Part shown: one piece after another, positions 8,056 to 17,483 of the stretch
Position numbering within the stretch: position 1 is the stretch's first letter
Layout of the letters: each line of letters starts with the position of its first letter
From: a virus
Taxonomy: Duplodnaviria > Heunggongvirae > Uroviricota > Caudoviricetes
Direction: 5' to 3' (one strand)
Length of the DNA: 24,197 nt
IMG/VR virus record: IMGVR_UViG_2619619133_000006
Span: 1 to 24,197 of that record
Notes under the pieces: model-generated
Told to the model about the DNA's origin: nothing
Database searches by the model: none
Seen by the model: the letters and a program-made list of their open reading frames with translations, nothing else
Made by a program: the position numbers and the translations under genes

Positions 8056-8418
8056 ATGGCTAGCGAACGCAGTACTGATGTGCAGGCATTTATCGGGGAG
8101 CTGGACGGCGGCGTATTTGAAACCAAAATCGGCGCAGTTCTCAGTGAAGTCGCTTCCGGTGTGATGAACACGAAAACCAAAGGTAAGGTCTCACTCAACC
8201 TGGAAATCGAACCATTTGATGAGAACCGTGTGAAAATCAAACACAAACTCTCATATGTTCGCCCGACTAACCGCGGGAAAATTTCCGAAGAAGACACCAC
8301 CGAAACGCCGATGTATGTCAATCGCGGTGGTCGCCTGACTATTCTGCAGGAAGACCAGGGACAGTTACTGACTCTTGCCGGTGAACCTGACGGAAAACTC
8401 CGCGCAGCAGGTCGTTAA
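8056..8418 (+). CDS. yfdP: YfdP-like prophage protein
   Basis: 120-aa product from the ATG at 8056 with AGGAG RBS; the track ORF 7807-8418 extends upstream through non-protein-like sequence. Length and position before the yfdQ-like gene match CPS-53 as recalled. Confidence 0.45.
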   Translation: MASERSTDVQAFIGELDGGVFETKIGAVLSEVASGVMNTKTKGKVSLNLEIEPFDENRVKIKHKLSYVRPTNRGKISEEDTTETPMYVNRGGRLTILQEDQGQLLTLAGEPDGKLRAAGR

Positions 8419-8483
8419 TATCGTTCTTAATTAACTGATTATTTATCTCATCACTGAATATCTTTATATAGTGAGGACTTATT

Positions 8484-9308
8484 ATGTCTCAGAACTTAGA
8501 CGCAACCGCAATTAATCAAATCCATGCCCTTATTTCTGCTCAGGGTGTTAATGAAATTATCAGTAAGATTGGTGCCGATGCTGTGGCATTGCCTGAGAAT
8601 TTCCGCATTCATGATCTGGAAAAATTTAATTTAAATCGCTTCCGTTTCCGTGGTGCGCTTTCCACTGCCAGCATCGATGACTTTACCCGTTATTCTAAAG
8701 ATCTTGCAGATGAAGGCACCCGCTGCTTTATCGATGCTGATAATATGCGTGCCGTCAGTGTGCTTAACCTGGGTACTATTGATGAACCAGGTCACGCAGA
8801 TAACACCGCCACACTCAAACTGAAAAAGACAGCACCGTTCTCTGCTCTGTTGACTGTTAACGGCGAGCGTAACTCCCAGAAGTCACTGGCAGAATGGATT
8901 GAAGACTGGGCCGACTATCTTGTGGGCTTTGATGCTAATGGTGACGCTATTCAGGCAACAAAAGCGGCTGCGGCTGTCCGTAAAATCACGATTGAAGCAA
9001 ACCATACCGCTGATTTTGAAGATAATGACTTCAGCGGCAAACGCTCCCTGATGGAGTCTGTCGAAGCGAAGACCAAAGACATTATGCCAGTGGCATTTGA
9101 ATTTAAATGCATTCCGTTTGAAGGTCTGAAAGAACGTCCGTTTAAATTACGCCTCAGCATTATCACTGGCGATCGTCCGGTACTGGTTCTGCGCATTATT
9201 CAGCTGGAGGCGGTGCAGGAAGAAATGGCTAACGAATTTCGTGATCTGCTTGTTGAGAAATTCAAGGACAGCAAAGTAGAAACCTTTATTGGTACTTTCA
9301 CCGCCTGA
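8484..9308 (+). CDS. yfdQ: YfdQ-like DUF2303 protein
   Basis: 274-aa ORF; same size and neighbourhood as CPS-53 yfdQ, from memory. Confidence 0.55.
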   Translation: MSQNLDATAINQIHALISAQGVNEIISKIGADAVALPENFRIHDLEKFNLNRFRFRGALSTASIDDFTRYSKDLADEGTRCFIDADNMRAVSVLNLGTIDEPGHADNTATLKLKKTAPFSALLTVNGERNSQKSLAEWIEDWADYLVGFDANGDAIQATKAAAAVRKITIEANHTADFEDNDFSGKRSLMESVEAKTKDIMPVAFEFKCIPFEGLKERPFKLRLSIITGDRPVLVLRIIQLEAVQEEMANEFRDLLVEKFKDSKVETFIGTFTA

Positions 9309-9320
9309 TTTCATTACTGC

Positions 9321-9342
9321 AAATGCCCCTGCGGGGGCATTT
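9321..9342 (+). other. Perfect 9-bp stem-loop between the yfdQ-like and yfdR-like genes
   Basis: aaatgcccc-tgcg-ggggcattt; no clear U-tract, so possibly an attenuator or mRNA-stability element rather than a terminator. Confidence 0.35.
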
Positions 9343-9435
9343 ATGGAAACGTAATTTACTCAATAATCGCCGGATGGTGAGGGATTCTTTTTACCAGAAT
9401 TCAGCGCGGTGCAGCGCATATACGTGGAGAACAAA

Positions 9436-9972
9436 ATGTCATTTATTAAAACTTTTTCCGGGAAGCATTTTTATTATGACAGGATAAATAAAGACGACAT
9501 CGATATTAACGATATCGCGGTTTCCCTTTCAAATATCTGTCGCTTTGCCGGTCATCTTTCGCACTTCTACAGCGTCGCCCAACATGCGGTTCTTTGCAGC
9601 CAGCTGGTGCCGCAGGAATTTGCTTTTGAAGCGTTAATGCATGATGCAACAGAAGCGTATTGCCAGGACATTCCCGCACCACTGAAACGCCTTCTTCCTG
9701 ACTATAAACAAATGGAAGAAAAAATAGACGCCGTAATCCGTGAGAAATACGGGTTACCCCCGGTTATGAGTACGCCCGTGAAATATGCCGATCTCATCAT
9801 GCTGGCAACCGAACGCCGCGATCTCGGGCTTGATGATGGCTCTTTCTGGCCTGTACTGGAAGGTATCCCGGCAACAGAGATGTTCAACGTGATTCCACTG
9901 GCACCGGGCCATGCCTACGGGATGTTTATGGAACGCTTTAACGAGTTATCGGAGTTACGCAAATGCGCATGA
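9436..9972 (+). CDS. yfdR: YfdR-like HD-domain phosphohydrolase (5'-deoxynucleotidase family)
   Basis: 178-aa product from the internal ATG with GGAGAA RBS; His/Asp-containing motifs (CRFAGHLSHFYSVAQH, LMHDATEAYCQDIP) are consistent with an HD-domain fold. Confidence 0.55.
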   Translation: MSFIKTFSGKHFYYDRINKDDIDINDIAVSLSNICRFAGHLSHFYSVAQHAVLCSQLVPQEFAFEALMHDATEAYCQDIPAPLKRLLPDYKQMEEKIDAVIREKYGLPPVMSTPVKYADLIMLATERRDLGLDDGSFWPVLEGIPATEMFNVIPLAPGHAYGMFMERFNELSELRKCA

Positions 9973-10325
9973 ATGTTTTCGAAATGGAAGGGTTTCTTCG
10001 TGGGAGATGTGTACCGCGAGATCTGAAAGTAAATGAAACAGATGCTGAATACCTGGTGCGTAAATTCGATGCGCTTGAAGCTAAATGTGCAGCACAGGAA
10101 AACAAAGTAATACCAGTGTCAACTGAACTGCCACCAGCAAATGAAAGTGTTTTGTTATTCGATGCTAACGGAGAAGGCTGGCTAATTGGCTGGCGTTCTC
10201 TCTGGTACACCTGGGGACAAAAAGAAACCGGAGAATGGCAGTGGACATTTCAGGTCGGGGACCTTGAAAACGTCAATATCACTCACTGGGCAGTAATGCC
10301 AAAAGCACCGGAGGCTGGAGCATAA
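9963..10325 (+). CDS. yfdS: YfdS-like protein
   Basis: 120-aa ORF overlapping the upstream stop; size and order as in yfdQRST. Confidence 0.45.
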   Translation: MRMNVFEMEGFLRGRCVPRDLKVNETDAEYLVRKFDALEAKCAAQENKVIPVSTELPPANESVLLFDANGEGWLIGWRSLWYTWGQKETGEWQWTFQVGDLENVNITHWAVMPKAPEAGA

Positions 10326-10630
10326 TGACCACTTTTACCGACAAAGAACTGATTAAAGAAATTAAAGAGCGTATCAGCAGCCTTGACGTGCGAGACGATA
10401 TTGAGCGCCGTGCTTATGAAATCGCACTCCTATCTCTGGAAGTAGAACCAGATGAACGCGAAGCTTATGAATTATTCATGGAAAAGCGTTTCGGTGACTT
10501 AGTAGATCGTCGGAGAGCAAAAAACGGCGATAACGAATACATGGCATGGGATATGACTCTCGGTTGGATCGTCTGGCAGCAACGAGCTGGTATCCATTTT
10601 TCAACAATGTCACAGCAAGAGGTGAAATAA
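10325..10630 (+). CDS. yfdT: YfdT-like protein
   Basis: 101-aa ORF; start overlaps the upstream stop (TAATG). Confidence 0.45.
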   Translation: MTTFTDKELIKEIKERISSLDVRDDIERRAYEIALLSLEVEPDEREAYELFMEKRFGDLVDRRRAKNGDNEYMAWDMTLGWIVWQQRAGIHFSTMSQQEVK

Positions 10631-10980
10631 TGGAGCCATACAGCCTCACACTCGATGAGGCCTGTCATTTTCTCAAGATATCCAGACCGACTGCCATTAA
10701 CTGGATACGCACAGGGCGTCTTCAGGCAACACGCAAAGATCCCACTAAGAATAAATCTCCTTACCTCACAACACGACAAGCCTGCATTGCGGCGCTTCAG
10801 TCTCCGCTGCATACTGTCCAGGTGAGCGCGGGTGATGGCATAACAGAGGAAAGAAAATGTCACTCTTCCGCAGAGGTGAAATATGGTACGCCAGTTTCAC
10901 ATTGCCGAACGGTAAAAGATTTAAACAGTCTCTTGGAACAAAGGACAAAAGGCAGGCGACAGAACTCCATGACAAGCTAA
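10630..10980 (+). CDS. Excisionase-like (Xis/AlpA-type HTH) protein; C-terminal extension overlaps int
   Basis: Starts at the ATG overlapping the upstream stop; N-terminus [33 protein letters not shown] is Xis-like and sits immediately upstream of int. The last ~40 codons overlap int and look non-protein-like. Confidence 0.4.
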   Translation: MEPYSLTLDEACHFLKISRPTAINWIRTGRLQATRKDPTKNKSPYLTTRQACIAALQSPLHTVQVSAGDGITEERKCHSSAEVKYGTPVSHCRTVKDLNSLLEQRTKGRRQNSMTS

Positions 10981-12020
10981 AGGCTGAAGCATGGCGGGGC
11001 AGCAAACTTGGTGAAATACCTGATATAACGTTCGAGGAAGCGTGTGTCAGGTGGCTTGAAGAGAAAGCACATAAAAAATCACTGGACGATGACAAAAGCC
11101 GGATCGGATTCTGGCTTCAACATTTCGCAGGAATGCAACTAAGAGACATTACTGAATCAAAAATTTATTCAGCAATGCAGAAAATGACGAACCGGCGTCA
11201 TGAGGAAAACTGGAAACTCAGGGCAGAAGCATGCAGAAAAAAAGGGAAACCTGTTCCAGAATACACGCCAAAACCAGCGTCCGTTGCAACGAAGGCTACG
11301 CATCTTTCATTTATAAAGGCCCTACTAAGAGCCGCAGAGCGTGAATGGAAAATGCTGGATAAGGCACCAATTATTAAAGTGCCTCAACCAAAGAATAAAC
11401 GGATCCGCTGGCTGGAGCCCCATGAAGCACAAAGGCTGATTGATGAATGTCCGGAGCCATTAAAGTCTGTTGTTGAATTTGCACTGGCAACAGGCTTAAG
11501 ACGCTCGAACATCATCAACCTTGAATGGCAACAAATAGATATGCAGCGCCGGGTGGCATGGATAAACCCAGAAGAGAGTAAATCAAACCGCGCAATCGGC
11601 GTTGCGCTGAATGATACTGCATGTCGCGTTTTGAAAAAACAAATCGGGAATCATCACCGTTGGGTATTTGTGTACAAGGAAAGCTGTACCAAACCAGACG
11701 GAACGAAAGCGCCAACAGTAAGGAAGATGCGGTATGACGCAAACACAGCCTGGAAAGCGGCGCTGAGACGGGCTGGTATTGATGATTTCAGATTTCACGA
11801 CTTGAGACACACCTGGGCAAGTTGGCTGGTTCAAGCCGGAGTCCCGTTGTCAGTGTTACAGGAAATGGGAGGCTGGGAGTCTATCGAAATGGTTCGTCGA
11901 TATGCTCACCTTGCACCTAATCACCTTACCGAACACGCACGGCAAATAGACTCGATCCTGAACCCATCGGTCCCAAATTTGTCCCAGTCAAAAAATAAGG
12001 AAGGTACTAATGATGTGTAA
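10857..12020 (+). CDS. int: Tyrosine integrase, P22 Int / DLP12 IntD type
   Basis: 387-aa ORF; N-terminus [34 protein letters not shown] recalled as the P22/DLP12 integrase family; catalytic motifs [11 protein letters not shown] and MVRRYAHL; 10 bp from the tRNA-Thr core. Confidence 0.85.
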   Translation: MSLFRRGEIWYASFTLPNGKRFKQSLGTKDKRQATELHDKLKAEAWRGSKLGEIPDITFEEACVRWLEEKAHKKSLDDDKSRIGFWLQHFAGMQLRDITESKIYSAMQKMTNRRHEENWKLRAEACRKKGKPVPEYTPKPASVATKATHLSFIKALLRAAEREWKMLDKAPIIKVPQPKNKRIRWLEPHEAQRLIDECPEPLKSVVEFALATGLRRSNIINLEWQQIDMQRRVAWINPEESKSNRAIGVALNDTACRVLKKQIGNHHRWVFVYKESCTKPDGTKAPTVRKMRYDANTAWKAALRRAGIDDFRFHDLRHTWASWLVQAGVPLSVLQEMGGWESIEMVRRYAHLAPNHLTEHARQIDSILNPSVPNLSQSKNKEGTNDV

Positions 12021-12029
12021 CTTATTGAT

Positions 12030-12048
12030 TTAAATGGTGCCGATAATA
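12030..12048 (-). other. att core: 19-bp copy of the 3' end of tRNA-Thr (thrW), not a complete tRNA gene
   Basis: tggtgccgataataggagt is the reverse complement of ACTCCTATTATCGGCACCA, the thrW 3' end as I recall it. Flanking sequence diverges from the tRNA, so only the core is present. Confidence 0.45.
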
Positions 12049-12196
12049 GGAGTAAAACACTCGATTAATCTCGTGTTAATGCCATCACCTACGACCATTA
12101 CTAATTGATTGAATCTTATAGAAAAAATCATCATTTTCTATGCATTACAATCAATTTTCACATTACAAACGCTCCGACACTTTAGCCGGGGAGTTT

Positions 12197-13474
12197 ATGA
12201 GATACAAGCCCAATCAATACATAATCTGTGATTCTTACGGTAACTACTATTTGAGGATCACGTTGCCTGTGTATATGCAGCCCTTTTTTGAAGGAAAAAG
12301 GACGTTTGTCAGGAGTCTGCATACAAGTAACCTTCGTGTTGCACGTAGAAAGCGTGATCAGATTGCAGATGAATACCATTGTTTACGGGAGAGTGTCGCC
12401 CCTGTAAACAGCACAATAGAGAACACGCTGGAACTGTTACGCAGTAAGGCTAAATACGCCAAAACAGCTACCAGAATGCAAGATACAGCGTCTTCGTGTC
12501 CGTCATTGCTTAAAATTCTTGAAATCTACCTGACAATTAACAGCACGAAGAAGAAGCCAGCCACTTTAGCTAAGGCAAGAAAAGCGGTAGAGATGTTTCT
12601 CTCCTACCGTAAAAAGCCTGATATTGCATTGCAAGATGTGAGCCGCACCACTGTTACAGGCTGGATTGAACACATGCAAAAAACCCTTTCACAACAATCA
12701 ATTGCAAATTATATCAGCCCAATGGCCCAGCTATGGGAGTTAGCTTCATCACGTTACCACGATGCGCCAGAAAGGGCGCTCTCCCCCTGGCGAGGGCATA
12801 GGCTTGATGTGGCACAAAGTAGAGAGAGCTACGAGGCATTTTCTAACAAAGAGCTATTGCAGGTGTTGCAAGTATTTTCCGGTAATTCAGCAGAAAACAA
12901 AGAAATGATGGCTTTGTGTCTTATCGGTGCTTATACAGGTATGCGGATCAATGAGATAGCAAGTCTCACAATAGACGATGTGAAAGAGATCGAAGGTGTG
13001 CTGTGTTTTGAAATCACACAGGGAAAAACGAAAGCTGCGGCACGTGTTGTGCCTGTACATAGCCTTATCACTCCGTTGGTGTTGTCGCTGCGTGAAAAGC
13101 CTCATAATGGCTTTTTGTTCTATCACGCCAGCATTACAGAGCGTGCTGATGGTAAACGTTCCACGTGGCACACGCAGAGATTTACAAGAGCTAAACGAAA
13201 GGCTTTAGGGGAAAAGGGAACAGAAAGGAAGGTGTTTCATTCTCTGAGACACGGAGTAGCACAGCTTCTTGATCGAAATCAAATTCCAGAAGACAGGATC
13301 GCCCTTCTCCTGGGCCATACACGCGGTAATACAGAGACATTCCGCACATATAGCAAGAATGCAGCTTCTCCAGTAGAGCTTAAAAACTATATTGAGCTTC
13401 TACGCTACCCTGAAATAGAGAAAGGCTTATCAATCAATAAAAAATCAAATTTAAGGCGTAAAACAACGCCATAG
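12197..13474 (+). CDS. Tyrosine integrase (second, unrelated family)
   Basis: Likely start at the internal ATG with GGGGAG RBS (track ORF begins at 12140). Catalytic motifs HSLRHGVAQLL and ETFRTYSKN; N-terminus NGNYYLRITLP typical of integrase arm domains. Confidence 0.75.
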   Translation: MRYKPNQYIICDSYGNYYLRITLPVYMQPFFEGKRTFVRSLHTSNLRVARRKRDQIADEYHCLRESVAPVNSTIENTLELLRSKAKYAKTATRMQDTASSCPSLLKILEIYLTINSTKKKPATLAKARKAVEMFLSYRKKPDIALQDVSRTTVTGWIEHMQKTLSQQSIANYISPMAQLWELASSRYHDAPERALSPWRGHRLDVAQSRESYEAFSNKELLQVLQVFSGNSAENKEMMALCLIGAYTGMRINEIASLTIDDVKEIEGVLCFEITQGKTKAAARVVPVHSLITPLVLSLREKPHNGFLFYHASITERADGKRSTWHTQRFTRAKRKALGEKGTERKVFHSLRHGVAQLLDRNQIPEDRIALLLGHTRGNTETFRTYSKNAASPVELKNYIELLRYPEIEKGLSINKKSNLRRKTTP

Positions 13475-13481
13475 ACGCAAT

Positions 13482-13520
13482 AAAGAGGCTTCAACATAGA
13501 TTGGTAGCCTCTTTTATAAT
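13482..13520 (+). terminator. Hairpin with a weak T-tract after the second integrase
   Basis: aagaggct / agcctctt stem with 15-nt loop, followed by TTTATAATT. Confidence 0.35.
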
Positions 13521-13555
13521 TACATCGTTACAGAGCGTTTTAGAGGCATTTACGG

Positions 13556-14269
13556 CTATTCCTGTTTAAAGGCAGGAGTAATAGTGTCTTCACCTTCACT
13601 ACTAGATTTTTCAGTGTTAACACGTTTTTTCATATTAGCCCCGATGTTCTTAGATGGCTGTGTTTTGATAGCTACAGTGTTTACAGTGCCATAAGACACT
13701 AATCTTATTTGCTCAAAGCTAAGATCAAATACCAGAGATTCGCTTGCCTCTTCTGTGTATTCGATGCCTGTTAAAACAACGTTCTCAAAAGTTTTATTTT
13801 CTGTAACAAGAAGAAAAGGCTGTCTACTGTCCATAATCTGATTCAGGTAGTCGATAGCTAATGATCTTCTGTTCCCGTTCACCCCTGCACTCTTTAACAA
13901 GCCAGGATCGCTTTTAATCGGTGTTTCAGTGATCCTTCCCTTAAGAGAAAACTTATTGTTTTTAATTTGAACGTGATCAGACACAGTAGCACCATTCTCT
14001 ACGGGGTAGCTTGTGACATCTGCCGAACGTCTCACGTTCACATCATCTACACTGTCAAAGGCCAGTGCCATATAATTTTCATAAACGTCATTGCCAGAAG
14101 ATGCCAAGCCACTTGTAACAATAGCAAATCCATTCTCTCCTTTTGTTTTATTAGCTTTGCTATTTTCGTTTTTTGTAGAGTTTATATCTTGTTCTGCTTT
14201 GTAAACAGCCTGAACGTGTTGTTCTGGAGTATTTGCTGCACGTATGGTTAAAATTCCCGCCGTTGCCAT
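13556..14269 (-). CDS. Hypothetical protein (virion-protein-like composition)
   Basis: 237-aa ORF with AAGGAAA RBS; rich in N/S/T/G; last gene of the minus-strand cluster, facing the integrase. Confidence 0.4.
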   Translation of the reverse strand: MATAGILTIRAANTPEQHVQAVYKAEQDINSTKNENSKANKTKGENGFAIVTSGLASSGNDVYENYMALAFDSVDDVNVRRSADVTSYPVENGATVSDHVQIKNNKFSLKGRITETPIKSDPGLLKSAGVNGNRRSLAIDYLNQIMDSRQPFLLVTENKTFENVVLTGIEYTEEASESLVFDLSFEQIRLVSYGTVNTVAIKTQPSKNIGANMKKRVNTEKSSSEGEDTITPAFKQE

Positions 14270-14290
14270 AATAATAATTTCCTTGTAATG

Positions 14291-16132
14291 TTATGGCGGA
14301 AATTCCCCGCCGTTAGATTGTCCTGATAAGCTGGTTAATGTTAATGATTTCAAGAAGCTATCCCGACTTGCTCTCGCTGTAAAATCCACATAATCGCTTA
14401 ATCTTGATGTGTCACTATTAATAGTAAGCGGAACCTCTGTTACCACTTCAAATGTAGGATTCAGATTAAACACAGGAGATAAATTATAAGCCGGAGTTGT
14501 CATTGCAAGATTATTTAAAGCACCCTGTTTGAGATTGGTTATCGGTGCTTCATTGACTGACATTTTTACATCTGACACAGAAGATTTATCATCGAAAAGC
14601 AATCCCTTAATCGTGTTAAAGAGAGAATGACTATTATCAGGTGTAGTTGTTGCAGTGCCAGCGCCTTTATATTGATCAGGAACGAGATTAGAAAGATTCT
14701 GTTTCATTCCGTCATTGCTTAATGGCGGTGCATCACCTAAATTTTTCTGAATAGCCTCTGTCTTATCATCATTACGATTAAACCAGTTTACAATCTTCAT
14801 AATAGCTTCAAAGAGACTTCCTACAGCTTCTCCCAGCTTCGTAAAATACGGAGTGAGATTAGAAAGGTTTTTCATAAACTCTTCCGTTACTTTTGGATCG
14901 AGAGATTTCATAAAGCCATCAACAAAGGCGATCCCTTGTGAGTCAGAAAGCCCACTAAGTGCATTATTCAGTTCACGGAATTTAATAACGCTTTCCTGTT
15001 GTGCCTGTGTTACCCAGCGCCCTGATTCTCGTTGTTCTCGTGCTGATTGTTCCACTTCTTTAGCGGAGCGTGTCCAGTATTTAGAGGTGAGCATCAAATC
15101 ATCAGCCAGATCTTCCAGACGACTACCGATCTGCGCATCTGAATAGCCCTTTTTCACCATTCCATTGACAGCTTTACTAACCAGACCAGCCGGATTATCA
15201 GCAAAGTCTTTTAAATCTTTCTTAGTTAAGAAACCTTCGTTAAGTAAAGTATTAATACCTGAATCGCCGCCCTTCCATTCGCCTCGGCCTGTTTTCTTAT
15301 CAACTACATATTCAGCTTCATCATAAGATTTGGTTGCACGTTCACGCACATCTTTCATCTGATCCAGATACTTGCGACGACCTTGATCCCCCATCATTGA
15401 ATCAACGCCGTTTTTATACGCCCATTGTTCAATATTGTTCATCTGGTTAACATCTACACCGCCCAGCTTCGCACGGCTATACAATTCACCCAGCGTTTCA
15501 GCGTTAGCGAAGCTGTTAGCCATAAATTCAGAGGTTTTACTAACAGCCATCACGCCAGCAGCAGCCGTAGCGCCTCCAAATAACAGAGCGCCCATAGTGG
15601 CGGAATTCCCTGATCCTCCCTTAACGGGGGCTAATTGTGCTTTTCTGTTGCCATTAATTTTACGTTGTTGCTGTTGTAAGCGTTTCATCTGGCTATTCAT
15701 ACGTGCAAGCGAGATAGCGCCTTGTTCGTATTGTTTGGCTATCTCACGCGCCTGTGCAATAGCTTTGTATTGTTCCGCTACAGAGAGGCGGTGCATTGCA
15801 CTGATAGAGCTTGAAACATCAAGGAGCTTTAACTCTGCTTTCTCTTTACGTGCTGCTATTTGTGCCTGTTGCCTTGCCTGTGCTCTTGCTGCGGCAGCTT
15901 GTGCTTTTTGATTCTGTTTTTCGTTTTTCGCTTTTTGCTGGGTAATCTTGTCTACTTCACTTTGTGCTTTCTTATAGCCTTTAGTGACACTATCAAACCT
16001 TAATTTAGCTGGCTTGATATTTTCTGTGAATTCTTTTAGGCTTGTAATAGAGTCTTTCGCTTTTTTCAAGCTGTCTTTATCTACACTAAATGTTACTGTG
16101 TTCTTAATTTTAGAAGTGTTAATTTCTAACAT
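14291..16132 (-). CDS. Large hypothetical protein with N-terminal coiled-coil/low-complexity region (structural or ejection-protein-like)
   Basis: 613-aa ORF with GGGGA RBS; N-terminal KAKNEKQNQKAQAAAARAQARQQAQIAARKEKAELK; no catalytic motif recognised. Confidence 0.45.
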   Translation of the reverse strand: MLEINTSKIKNTVTFSVDKDSLKKAKDSITSLKEFTENIKPAKLRFDSVTKGYKKAQSEVDKITQQKAKNEKQNQKAQAAAARAQARQQAQIAARKEKAELKLLDVSSSISAMHRLSVAEQYKAIAQAREIAKQYEQGAISLARMNSQMKRLQQQQRKINGNRKAQLAPVKGGSGNSATMGALLFGGATAAAGVMAVSKTSEFMANSFANAETLGELYSRAKLGGVDVNQMNNIEQWAYKNGVDSMMGDQGRRKYLDQMKDVRERATKSYDEAEYVVDKKTGRGEWKGGDSGINTLLNEGFLTKKDLKDFADNPAGLVSKAVNGMVKKGYSDAQIGSRLEDLADDLMLTSKYWTRSAKEVEQSAREQRESGRWVTQAQQESVIKFRELNNALSGLSDSQGIAFVDGFMKSLDPKVTEEFMKNLSNLTPYFTKLGEAVGSLFEAIMKIVNWFNRNDDKTEAIQKNLGDAPPLSNDGMKQNLSNLVPDQYKGAGTATTTPDNSHSLFNTIKGLLFDDKSSVSDVKMSVNEAPITNLKQGALNNLAMTTPAYNLSPVFNLNPTFEVVTEVPLTINSDTSRLSDYVDFTARASRDSFLKSLTLTSLSGQSNGGEFPP

Positions 16133-16147
16133 TTAAAATCCCCCTTA

Positions 16148-16351
16148 TTAATCATTTTTACAACCTTCTTTACTTAAGAAATGGTGTAGAGCCTGATCAA
16201 TACTCTCGTTTAATCTGAACATACGGGCTTTTACTCCTTCATATGGAACATCTAAGAGAGAACATAGATATTTCAGATTTAACAAGCCTCTAGAATCATT
16301 AGCATCTAAATGTACGTGGACACCATTTTTTGATTTCAGAATCACTTCCAT
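16148..16351 (-). CDS. Small hypothetical protein
   Basis: 67-aa ORF with GAGAGGTGA RBS immediately after the A19 terminator. Confidence 0.35.
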   Translation of the reverse strand: MEVILKSKNGVHVHLDANDSRGLLNLKYLCSLLDVPYEGVKARMFRLNESIDQALHHFLSKEGCKND

Positions 16352-16373
16352 ATTTTAATCACCTCTCAAAATT

Positions 16374-16420
16374 AAAAAAAAAAAAAAAAAAAGGCGAAGC
16401 GTGAATACACGCCACGCCTC
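16374..16420 (-). terminator. Strong intrinsic terminator after the capsid-like gene, with a 19-nt homopolymeric T tract
   Basis: On the minus strand: hairpin ggcgtggcgtg-tatt-cacgcttcgcc (about 10 bp, one mismatch) followed by T19 (A19 on the plus strand, 16374-16392). Confidence 0.6.
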
Positions 16421-16436
16421 TATTACACGTTAAATA

Positions 16437-17465
16437 TTATTTAACAGTGATTTGAACGGAGAAGCCTACACCGTGGTTTACAACCATCTGGCTATTCTCT
16501 GTAACAACGTTAACAGCATCACCACGAGAAGATTCATAGCTATAGCTGTAAACCTCAGTAGGAGCGGCATTAATCAGTTCAAAGGTGCTGGAAGCAGCCC
16601 CGTAGATGTTCTGATATACGTTAGAGCCTTTAGCGAATTTAGGCACAGCTACAGCGTCTGCGGTCATATGTGCAAGGTGTAGCGGATCTACCAGTTTAAC
16701 AACATCAATGTTAGTTCCTGGAATAGTGAACGCTGTCACCCCTGGCAGCAGGTCACGACGCTGATACACAACGTTCCCTTCTTCCAGTGGGCTTACATAC
16801 TGGAATGCGTTTGCCATACCCGCAGAGAATCGAATTGCAGAGAAGGCTTCCGGCTTACAGAAAACAACAATACGCTCTACAGCAGCCGCCTGGCTTTGTG
16901 CTTTCTCGATAATGTCAGTAGCAATCTGATCAAATTCTTTAAAAATCTTCGTGGTGTCAGTGCTGGAAGCGTTCACAGTGGCTTTCATAGCTGATACGTT
17001 AAACAGCTTGCCCCACTCGATAAGAACATCATCAGTTTTAGGCGTGTAAGTTTTGCCAGAGAACAAAGAAGCCGCCAACACGCTCTCTTTAGTGCGCTGA
17101 TACGCTACGTGGTGTTTAGCAACATAGTCAGCATAGATATCAGTGAGTGTTTCCTGGAAATCAGTGCCAGGTTTACGTTTGCCTTGAACATCAGAAGGAC
17201 GGATCACATCTTCACGAAGAAAATACGGGATTTCAATCAGCCATTCTTTACCTTGTTCTCGCTTAGTAACGTTGTGTTCAGAAGAGAAACGAGAGGTTTC
17301 TTTGTTAAAGAGAGATTCGTTGCTTTCGACAAGCTGGGAAACAGCTACTTTATGAGAACTAACGCCCACCGGATCAGTGAAGTCGAGGGTAGAGAGCAGA
17401 TAGTTTCTAGTGCTATGAGCCTGGAAAAGCGGAGCTAAATCAACGTAATCATTACCTAGAATCAT
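16437..17465 (-). CDS. Putative major capsid protein (local similarity to T7 gp10-type capsid protein)
   Basis: 342-aa ORF. VERIVVFCKPEAFSAIRFSAGMANAFQYVSPLEEGNVVYQRRDLLPGVTAFTIPGT parallels T7 gp10A ADRVFYCDPDSYSAILAALMPNAANYAALIDPEKGSIRNVMGFEVVEVPHLT as recalled. Size, strong terminator after it and operon position fit a highly expressed structural gene. Confidence 0.45.
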   Translation of the reverse strand: MILGNDYVDLAPLFQAHSTRNYLLSTLDFTDPVGVSSHKVAVSQLVESNESLFNKETSRFSSEHNVTKREQGKEWLIEIPYFLREDVIRPSDVQGKRKPGTDFQETLTDIYADYVAKHHVAYQRTKESVLAASLFSGKTYTPKTDDVLIEWGKLFNVSAMKATVNASSTDTTKIFKEFDQIATDIIEKAQSQAAAVERIVVFCKPEAFSAIRFSAGMANAFQYVSPLEEGNVVYQRRDLLPGVTAFTIPGTNIDVVKLVDPLHLAHMTADAVAVPKFAKGSNVYQNIYGAASSTFELINAAPTEVYSYSYESSRGDAVNVVTENSQMVVNHGVGFSVQITVK

Positions 17466-17483
17466 TTATTATTATTCCTTTTA

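Larger units (their letters stand above)
1..12029 (-). mobile_element. Lambdoid prophage segment (holin to integrase), reverse orientation, probably defective
   Basis: Gene order and strands match a lambdoid map read backwards: holin, Q, rusA remnant, replication gene, cro-like on minus; CI-like, xis-like, int on plus. Replication/nin module appears deleted. Left boundary lies outside the window. Confidence 0.7.

Noticed and set aside
10546-10629. Upstream extension of the xis-like ORF (track start 10546)
   Set aside because: It overlaps the yfdT-like gene in another frame; the ATG at 10630 overlapping the yfdT stop is the natural coupled start.
12030-12110. A complete tRNA-Thr gene
   Set aside because: Only the last 19 nt match. 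The sequence where the T-arm should be (aaaacactcgattaatc) does not fit a tRNA cloverleaf.
14853-15911. Plus-strand ORFs 14853-15146 and 15435-15911 inside the 613-aa gene
   Set aside because: Antisense to a long ORF with a strong RBS; translations are Cys/Ala-rich and low-complexity.
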